A stretch of DNA of 64,000 nt. It comes from a virus. The position numbers were made by a program, and so were the translations under genes. The stretch is taken from positions 32,001 to 96,000 of the IMG/VR virus record IMGVR_UViG_3300023235_000012, one strand, 5' to 3'. Positions within the stretch are counted from its first letter, which is position 1, and each line of letters begins with the position of its first letter. This document shows, one piece after another, positions 57,313-64,000 of the stretch. Under the pieces are notes generated by a model, which was given only the letters and a program-made list of their open reading frames with translations, did not search any database and was not told where the DNA came from.

Positions 57313-58327
57313 TCAGCATCTCCACAAAGTCATTTGGATTTTTTGTAATCTCAGCTAAATCATATTTTCCAGCAAAACGAAGGAAATGAAATCCAAGTTG
57401 CTTCACTGGTTCTTTCTCGTAATTCAATATATATTCATCAAATGCTTCCTTAACTTCGAAAGGCATTTTTTTAAGATCAATCAATGTCTCATTTGTCTCG
57501 AACAGATCACGGACGATGTGTTCTGTTCCGTTGTGATCTGTCCACCGCTGATTCATAAAATTGAACCACTCAAATCCTTGATCTTTCCTGTCTTCAAAAC
57601 ATTCGATAATTCCAGCTTTTTTAGATGAACCTTTCTGTCGTGTTCCGGGCTCACACGCCGTGAAAACATTATCGCCTTTGTCACCTCGAATGATCTTCGT
57701 GAATAAAGCATATTCGATCCAATCTGCGCGCTCTGGAAACGAATCGGTTTCTTTGATAATCTGCTTCCCTACTCTAACCTTTCCATCATTCTTCACGGAA
57801 AAATCCAAAGAACGGCCCTTATCATCAAAGACACCTGCTGGAGTGAAAGTCACATCACGAATTCCATTGTAGAGCGTGACCTTTTCATTTATTAGCTGAA
57901 CAAAATCACTGTCACTAGAACAGATGATATGATTGTCATCTGGATGTACTGCGATCCACCGAGCGATCATATCATCTGCTTCTGCTAATGAATGACGAAG
58001 AACAGTTACGTTTGTATGTTCTTCGAACATTTCTTTCATGTGAGTAAAGGCGCCGTACATTGCTTCCTGTTCTGCCTGTTCCTTCGGGTCCGTTATTTCT
58101 TCATGGACTCGATTGGCTTTGTACGCGGGATATACTTCTTTTCTCCACGAGTGGCCTTCTAAACACACGACGAGATGGCTAGCATTGAATTTTTTCCAAA
58201 CCTTGCGCAAACTCATCAAATTTATATGCAAGCACATTCCCGCTTTTTCTTCTGGGGTGTCGCCTCGAACGACATGTTTCGCCCGGAAATAAAGGTTTGC
58301 TAGATCTATTAAGATGAATGTTTTCAT
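57296..58327 (-). CDS. 5'-3' exonuclease / T4 RNase H-like
   Basis: LID, SWRK..Y..YKANR, EADD, SSDSDF.QL, RGD..DNV. Confidence 0.92.
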   Translation of the reverse strand: MKTFILIDLANLYFRAKHVVRGDTPEEKAGMCLHINLMSLRKVWKKFNASHLVVCLEGHSWRKEVYPAYKANRVHEEITDPKEQAEQEAMYGAFTHMKEMFEEHTNVTVLRHSLAEADDMIARWIAVHPDDNHIICSSDSDFVQLINEKVTLYNGIRDVTFTPAGVFDDKGRSLDFSVKNDGKVRVGKQIIKETDSFPERADWIEYALFTKIIRGDKGDNVFTACEPGTRQKGSSKKAGIIECFEDRKDQGFEWFNFMNQRWTDHNGTEHIVRDLFETNETLIDLKKMPFEVKEAFDEYILNYEKEPVKQLGFHFLRFAGKYDLAEITKNPNDFVEMLNARNL

Positions 58328-58366
58328 ATTTTTATTATAATACTTTTTCTCAGAATTTCAAAAATA

Positions 58367-58855
58367 TTATTGAGGCGCAGAATACAATCCTTCAATATTG
58401 GGATCAGGAATTAACATTGCATTGGTGATATGAATCGCTTCATCCAGCGTCGGGACGATAAAGCCAACGGACTCACGCACCATTGCATGCCAGTGTGGAT
58501 TTCCTTCTTGCATGACTGCAACGCATGGAACGTTGAAAGCCTTTGCCCATGCTATCTCTATTACGGTTCCAATACTGACTGCACGTGCACCGGCGAAATT
58601 AGCGATCACCATATCGGCACGTCGACAATCATTAAAGTCCCTTGCGGTAATACCTTTCGCACAAGAAAGAGCAATATCTTCATAGGTGTCCTGAATATTT
58701 TCAACCTGGCTCAAATATGTTTTCCCACGTAGAGGACTCATTCCAGCGATGCTCGGATCCAATTTCTCTTTTGCATATTCTCTCCAATCAGTAGCTGTTC
58801 CATATGACAGTCCGGTAATTGGTCCTGCTAAATACGCGATATATCGATAACTCAT
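58367..58855 (-). CDS. nucleoside 2-deoxyribosyltransferase / dNMP N-hydrolase family
   Basis: YLAGPI...WR...RD...C...D...SIGT..EI.WA. Confidence 0.85.
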   Translation of the reverse strand: MSYRYIAYLAGPITGLSYGTATDWREYAKEKLDPSIAGMSPLRGKTYLSQVENIQDTYEDIALSCAKGITARDFNDCRRADMVIANFAGARAVSIGTVIEIAWAKAFNVPCVAVMQEGNPHWHAMVRESVGFIVPTLDEAIHITNAMLIPDPNIEGLYSAPQ

Positions 58856-58870
58856 CTCTTCTCCTTATTT

Positions 58871-59116
58871 TCAATCAATCTCTTCATAATTTTTTAATGT
58901 GGCGTTAGTTAGATCCGGGTTTCGGAGGATAAAGACTACTTCTTTATCCTCATCATCCCACGCTATTCCTATAATTGGCTCATGGTAACGGTATTCGAAT
59001 GGCCCATCTTCTAATTCTCCAGTTCCATCATCCAAGAAACATAGCATGGTTTGAAGCTGTACATCGTAATCATCAGGTACATCAGTGAGTCTTTCTTTTA
59101 GAGATTTGACGTTCAT
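58871..59116 (-). CDS. hypothetical protein
   Basis: Coupled ORF. Confidence 0.6.
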   Translation of the reverse strand: MNVKSLKERLTDVPDDYDVQLQTMLCFLDDGTGELEDGPFEYRYHEPIIGIAWDDEDKEVVFILRNPDLTNATLKNYEEID

Positions 59117-59700
59117 AGATTGAATTCCTTACCTCTAAAAAATCCGATAGGTTTCCAAAGATCACCACTCCACCAACGCAGAATCGAAAGCCTTTGATCT
59201 GGAAAAGGAACCGTTGTACCAGACTTTCCTTTCAATGATCTCGCGTAAGGCGTTTTGAATAAATTTAAAGCCGCTGCATGACTGCTATCCCATTCTCCAC
59301 CAGTTATTCCTGACGCTTCATCGAATGCTGCTTGCCCTTCTTTGTGAACGATGACCTCAGTAATCCCCGTCTGTACAATAGCTCTAGCACCGTCTGAACA
59401 GGGTAGAAAATTAACATAAAGTCTACACCCATCCAACCCTCCTTCGTTTTTGGCGGCGGCGAAGATTGCATTCCGTTCAGAGTGTTCCATATAGAAATAT
59501 TTTTCTGGTCTAGTCTTTGGTATTTCTTCAATCTCCATACCTCGGATTGGACTATTATATCCTGAACTTACGATCGTGTTATCTGGTCTCACAATAATAG
59601 AGCCGGCATGAGTCGATTCATCTTTGCTTCGACTTGCGGCCAGATAAGCCATTGTCATAAAATATCTCGTCCAGTCGGGACGTTTTTCATCATTTACCAT
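59113..59700 (-). CDS. dCMP deaminase (second Zn-ligand Cys replaced by Gly)
   Basis: W..YFM..A...A.RSKD, GYN, HSERNAI, PCSDGARAI. Confidence 0.85.
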   Translation of the reverse strand: MVNDEKRPDWTRYFMTMAYLAASRSKDESTHAGSIIVRPDNTIVSSGYNSPIRGMEIEEIPKTRPEKYFYMEHSERNAIFAAAKNEGGLDGCRLYVNFLPCSDGARAIVQTGITEVIVHKEGQAAFDEASGITGGEWDSSHAAALNLFKTPYARSLKGKSGTTVPFPDQRLSILRWWSGDLWKPIGFFRGKEFNL

Positions 59701-59969
59701 GTGATCTCCTTTTTTTGATTACTTGCTACTGGTGGTTTTGGTCGGCTGATTAACAAATCCCAATCACTTCCTAGTCTTCGATATAGCATCCGATATTGAC
59801 CATTGCTTGCTGGCTCTTTTCGATACTCTAATCGTGAGAAACTTCTACTAAAATTAATTAGCTCATCTGATAACCAAGGTGCAGATGCATGTATTGTTTC
59901 AAGCGGTTTGGAAAAAATGAAGAACCCTTCTTTCTATTCTGTTCTTCTTCTATAATCAATGATTGTCAT
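59694..59969 (-). pseudogene. coupled 92-codon ORF with in-frame TAG at codon 12
   Basis: MTIIDYRRRTE*KEGFF...KEITW; overlaps both neighbours. Confidence 0.55.
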
Positions 59970-60199
59970 CGGGCTTCCTCTATTTCAATTTCTAATGTAC
60001 CGAGTCCATTGACATACGGATCAGATGTAGCTTTGAATTCATATTTTCCCTTATAACGGACAGGAGTGACTCGTCCATCAAAAAGTCTGAATGTATCTTC
60101 CTTCTTAAGATCTCTGAAATGGATTTCCTTCCATTTTCCGTCAACGCAAATTTCTGTCTTTCTATCTTTAATCGATTTAGTCATTCTCAACCTTTTCAA
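59966..60199 (-). CDS. hypothetical protein
   Basis: W.EI.F.DLKK.D.FRLFD. Confidence 0.6.
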   Translation of the reverse strand: MKRLRMTKSIKDRKTEICVDGKWKEIHFRDLKKEDTFRLFDGRVTPVRYKGKYEFKATSDPYVNGLGTLEIEIEEAR

Positions 60200-60456
60200 T
60201 ACTAAGTACGGTATGATTCCTATCCAGTGCTACACTAGACATCGCACATGGAGTATTTCTATTGGTAACATACGTGATAATACAAAGCTGCTCTCTGCCA
60301 GTATATTGGCCGACAGTCTGATCAAACTCTTGTAGCAAAAGATGATCACCTGCTTTGTAATCACGCTCGTTCATATTTCAAAAGTCATGCTTTTTTTCTG
60401 TCATCCAGAACAGCTTGAAAAAGATACGGCCATGATTTTACTTTATGAATTGTCAT
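60177..60456 (-). pseudogene. DUF3850/ASCH-like gene with frameshift and premature TGA
   Basis: MTIHKVKSWPYLFQAVLDDRK, extra A in an A7 run, then KHDF*NMNERDYKAGDHLLLQEFD...YTGRE. Confidence 0.75.
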
Positions 60457-60589
60457 TTGTTGGGTCCCTTTAAGGTTTAAATTCTTCAACTGATCCATTA
60501 CGGACAAATCTATTTCCATCTATACTGCCTCTTCGCTATAATCTAAAATATATCACCACATGATTCACGTGCAGAACATTCTATCTTCT

Positions 60590-61138
60590 TCATAGATATT
60601 CTATCTTTCCATCTTCTCTGGGTTTTGCTCTGATTTGTAATTCTTCAGGTTCCGGGGCTTGATCTTCGCCAGACAATTCATTCTCAAGGATCTGAGATCG
60701 ATATATATCAGCTAACCAGGAATCAAATATTTGCGGGTCGCCCGCTCCTTCATATCCCTGATCTTTTAAAAATTCAATAAATTCATAATTCCAATCGAAT
60801 TCCATCCAGAACCCACCTGGCCCTTGTTCCCAGTCAAACCCAGATTCTATCACTCTGACAAAAGGATTACCTTCAATCGTTGCTATCGCATTTTGATAAA
60901 AAGAATTGCTTATCTTATCGAAAGACAAATCAAGTTCCAATAATCCTCTTTGAAATTGAAGAGGAATTTCTTCTATTGACCCTTCTTCTTGTTCTTTGGT
61001 GACATCATAATCAATGCGAAGAAGAGTTCGGGCCAATTCATATGACCCCGCTGCCATTTCATATTCTGCTTTTGCTCTGGCTTTTGTCTTTCCTTTAAGA
61101 CCCCATGATCCAGGCATCCATTCGAATGGTATTCGCAT
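60590..61138 (-). CDS. conserved jumbo-phage hypothetical protein
   Basis: AT..G.P.V...EFDWN..FI..L...GY.G. Confidence 0.7.
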   Translation of the reverse strand: MRIPFEWMPGSWGLKGKTKARAKAEYEMAAGSYELARTLLRIDYDVTKEQEEGSIEEIPLQFQRGLLELDLSFDKISNSFYQNAIATIEGNPFVRVIESGFDWEQGPGGFWMEFDWNYEFIEFLKDQGYEGAGDPQIFDSWLADIYRSQILENELSGEDQAPEPEELQIRAKPREDGKIEYL

Positions 61139-61170
61139 TTTTCTCCTTGTTAATCTTACAGAAATAATCT

Positions 61171-61947
61171 TTAAAGATTGAACTCTTGTCCCCTAATCAC
61201 CCATCCTAAAAAACCATCTTTTTTACAATCCACTTTTTTACCTGGATGATAGTGATAGAGCCACATCTTAGCTTTAGTTTCTTCTGGAAGAGTTTTGAGT
61301 TCTTCATAGTGAGCATGAACACCAGAAGCAAAAGGACTCGTCTCACAATCATGAAAAATTACATCAGATTGATCGTAAAATTTTTTGATTTGGTTTGGAT
61401 TGAATTGTGTATCGGTAGTTAGAAATGCTTTGGTTCCATTAGGACCTGTCCACATCAAACCATAACTTGGAACGATGCTAAAGCCATCCATAAAATGAAC
61501 CACCTGAACGAGTTGGAAATCAATCTCTTCCCATTTAGCTACACCGTTCTCTGGAATTGAGACTACTTCAAAATAATCGTCAAGTTTCACTTTTTGCCCT
61601 TCGATGCTTCCGAGTCCACCACACAATGAGTCATCCCAGAGATCTTCAAGCAATCGATGATTTCCGAACATAAAAGGTTTCTTCATAGTCGGATTAAAAA
61701 ACGTCGAAAAGGCTAGATATTCCAGACCTCCAATATGATCAGCATGTTGATGACTAATGTAGATACCATCAATATCACCTATTGTTAAACCCGCTTTCGT
61801 CAATGAAAATCGTATGTCAGACCCACAATCTATCAAGAGGTTTTTTCCATTGAGTCTAACAATCATGTTCGACTGAAAATCACATTGATTCAAATCTCCT
61901 GATTCTGGCACAGTGAACGCGGATCCAGTTCCTAAAAATTTCAACAT
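61171..61947 (-). CDS. MBL-fold cyclic-nucleotide phosphodiesterase, Apyc1-like
   Basis: GTGSAF, LLIDCG, SHQHADHIGGLE, LW..SL.GGL, L.DYF, DT.F, FHDC, GVHA...EL, HY. Confidence 0.82.
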   Translation of the reverse strand: MLKFLGTGSAFTVPESGDLNQCDFQSNMIVRLNGKNLLIDCGSDIRFSLTKAGLTIGDIDGIYISHQHADHIGGLEYLAFSTFFNPTMKKPFMFGNHRLLEDLWDDSLCGGLGSIEGQKVKLDDYFEVVSIPENGVAKWEEIDFQLVQVVHFMDGFSIVPSYGLMWTGPNGTKAFLTTDTQFNPNQIKKFYDQSDVIFHDCETSPFASGVHAHYEELKTLPEETKAKMWLYHYHPGKKVDCKKDGFLGWVIRGQEFNL

Positions 61948-62913
61948 TTATTTTCCTATAGCGTTATTGAAGATCCATGAGTGAATGCGAGCACTGAAGT
62001 TGTATCCTCGTCGAACAGTTTCTTCACAAATTCTAGCTTGAATTTCTTCCTGTTGTTCTCCGGATGAACCTACCGGCATGATCCACACTGGCCATTCAAT
62101 ACCAACATCACGATACGTGTTAGTGGCTCTTTCTACTTCGTCCCATGATCTCTCTGAACCATCTACAACGTATTTCAATTGTCCATTGTCGGACGCATCA
62201 GCGTATGATCGTAACACGGCTGCTTTTATTGCCTTTTCCCAAGATTCACCTGATGCGTATAGCTTCGGTGAAACTGACCAAAACCATTCAACCGGTCCTT
62301 GCTCATCAGGAACCAATCCACCACATTCGCTTGCTGTTTTGAACGCATTAATCAACTCTTCTGCGTTTGGACGCAGTCGTTGTGTTCCATTTGTCTCTAC
62401 GGTCACAAATGATGGAACATTCGATCTCTTCACAAATTCACGAAAAATTTCACAGATAGCAGTTTGGTTCATCATCGGCTCTCCACCAGTGAACGCCATA
62501 TGAATCGATTGTTTAGAGCGTGGATGAATAAACTTCCCATCTGGGTTGGTTTCGTGTATCATTAATTTTTCAAGTTTATCCACCATTTCTCTGGGGGTTT
62601 CTTGGTGTACCAAGTGCTGGAATTTTTTCGCCCAGCTATAAGCCGAATCGCACCCAAATTTTAAGATTGGAACATCTTCCATACTTTTGATGTCAGTTAG
62701 ATCGAGATTTTCATACTCTGTTTCCCAGGTACTCGGATCTCCTGGATTTTTTTGCCCGAAGCCTTGGCAAGAAAAATTGCAACCCCAAAATCTAACCCAA
62801 ATAGTAGGAACTCCGGTATACTGTCCTTCTCCTTGGATGGTTTCACCGAAGATTTCAGAATAACGAAATTTCTTTTCTTTCATATTTTTTCCGCATTTAG
62901 AACAAATTTCCAT
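61948..62913 (-). CDS. queE: 7-carboxy-7-deazaguanine synthase (radical SAM)
   Basis: EIF..TIQGEG..G.P, GCN..C...CDS, FTGGEP, ETNGT, SVSPK. Confidence 0.88.
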   Translation of the reverse strand: MEICSKCGKNMKEKKFRYSEIFGETIQGEGQYTGVPTIWVRFWGCNFSCQGFGQKNPGDPSTWETEYENLDLTDIKSMEDVPILKFGCDSAYSWAKKFQHLVHQETPREMVDKLEKLMIHETNPDGKFIHPRSKQSIHMAFTGGEPMMNQTAICEIFREFVKRSNVPSFVTVETNGTQRLRPNAEELINAFKTASECGGLVPDEQGPVEWFWSVSPKLYASGESWEKAIKAAVLRSYADASDNGQLKYVVDGSERSWDEVERATNTYRDVGIEWPVWIMPVGSSGEQQEEIQARICEETVRRGYNFSARIHSWIFNNAIGK

Positions 62914-62950
62914 TGTTTAATATACACTCAAATGATAGGCATGGTCAATA

Positions 62951-63364
62951 TTATTCTACCATATTTAACACTACCTGATAATTATCCCATGCTGCTTGAA
63001 GTGATGGATCCTTCTTCCGAAGATTAGCCTCTTTTTCAAGGCGATTAGTAATTTCCAGAAGTTCGTCGTTTTGAGCCTCTATTTCACTAACTCGTTCATT
63101 TTGAATCCTGCCAAATTTTTCGGCGGTCAGCGCCTTCGCTTTCATCCTGCGAGCGTATTTTCCATTTTTTTCTAGAGAATCATCCCAGAACCAACTTTCA
63201 TAATCTTCTTTAATCCAATTAAGAGATTTTGATACGTTTATCAATTCTCTGTAATAGACGACCTCTTGTTCCGAAAGATAATCTTTGTTACACATCTCGT
63301 CTATCAATTTTTATAGGTTATTGATTTCAACCCTAATTTTGTCAACACCGAATTCTTTTTCCAT
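62951..63364 (-). pseudogene. hypothetical gene with premature TAA at codon 18 and C-terminal PSLQxAWxxY motif
   Basis: SD GGAG, MEKEFGVDKIRVEINNL*KLIDEM... in frame with 62951-63307. Confidence 0.55.
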
Positions 63365-63391
63365 CAATTGACTTCTCCAGAATCATTTAAT

Positions 63392-63733
63392 CTAGTCTTT
63401 CAGAACTGGTCCAAATGGCAGAGTCCGCAACAATTCGATCCGACGATTTGTGCACGTTCGAATAGCAGCCGAAGACCCCTTTCCTGCCAAACGATGGATT
63501 TCGAAGGCTCTTGCAAATTCTTCGTCTTGCATGCAATACTCTCTGATATCTTTCTTTGAAGGAATTACCTTCTTAGAATTGATTGGAGTCCTACTGTTCT
63601 TTGCTTTGGTGATATTTGCTTGTATTATAGATGATGCTGTTTTTCTTCGAGGAGCAGGTTGCTGATTAATAGCGTATTTCCCCGAGTTGCCAAGATAAGG
63701 AGCCTTTATCGAAGTCAATCCAAAACCTTGCAT
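63392..63733 (-). CDS. basic hypothetical protein
   Basis: Start placed at MQGFG, just after the upstream stop. Confidence 0.55.
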   Translation of the reverse strand: MQGFGLTSIKAPYLGNSGKYAINQQPAPRRKTASSIIQANITKAKNSRTPINSKKVIPSKKDIREYCMQDEEFARAFEIHRLAGKGSSAAIRTCTNRRIELLRTLPFGPVLKD

Positions 63734-63734
63734 A

Positions 63735-63965
63735 TTATGCGCTCCAATACCGTTCCGTGCTAGGATCACAAATACCACCGATCAGTTCAGCCCGAATCTG
63801 CACCGACTTATCATTCATCAAATTTTTGACCGTTACGAGCTTTTGAGATTCTTCGAACAAATGATCCATAATCTGCTTCTTCAAGCTAGTCATTGTTTCC
63901 GCTACGAACGAAGTACCGTCATGCATTAATGCACATAAAAGGCCGCCCTCGATTTTATCGACCAT
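63735..63965 (-). CDS. hypothetical protein (V.NLM...CDPSTERYWS family)
   Basis: C-terminal CDPSTERYWS. Confidence 0.65.
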   Translation of the reverse strand: MVDKIEGGLLCALMHDGTSFVAETMTSLKKQIMDHLFEESQKLVTVKNLMNDKSVQIRAELIGGICDPSTERYWSA

Positions 63966-64000
63966 CCCAACTTCTTTACGACCACGATATCCTTTGTCTT

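Noticed and set aside
1-64000. Stop-codon reassignment (alternative genetic code)
   Set aside because: Long genes are intact under the standard code and end in TAA, TAG and TGA; in-frame stops in relics are of all three types.
1-64000. tRNA, rRNA or CRISPR array
   Set aside because: No cloverleaf/T-loop signature or repeat-spacer array seen by eye; the intergenic gaps are short. tRNAscan-SE would be decisive.

Overview
This window is a fragment of a large tailed dsDNA phage (jumbo or T4-superfamily-like myovirus), coded mostly on the minus strand. The host is probably an alphaproteobacterium (Usg, DUF1127, ROSE-like element; inference). Core genes include the terminase large subunit, gp32 SSB, UvsX/RecA, UvsY, UvsW helicase, RNase H-type exonuclease, a clamp-loader subunit, a mini DnaE-like protein, tail-fibre/RBP genes, and M15 and SleB wall hydrolases. 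Host-takeover and counter-defence genes are unusually dense. (1) A five-enzyme deamidating NAD+ salvage cluster (NadE, PncB, Nudix, NadM-type NMNAT, PncA), chemically different from NARP1/NARP2. (2) Acb1-like and Apyc1-like nucleases, RNA ligase, an RlaP-like nucleotidyltransferase and QueE. (3) A complete YeaG-YeaH-SpoVR triad, ClpP, two ClpS-like adaptors, and Hsp20 behind a ROSE-like thermometer. (4) Translation factors (IF3, extended bS21, Rmf-like), two conserved genes including recA that appear to start at AUC behind strong SD sites, and several apparently leaderless genes. The UvsW helicase is split into two separately translated ORFs by an atypically split intein in its Walker A motif. 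Several small accessory ORFs carry recent nonsense or frameshift lesions. No tRNA, rRNA or CRISPR array was seen. All family calls come from motif recognition by eye, not database searches.
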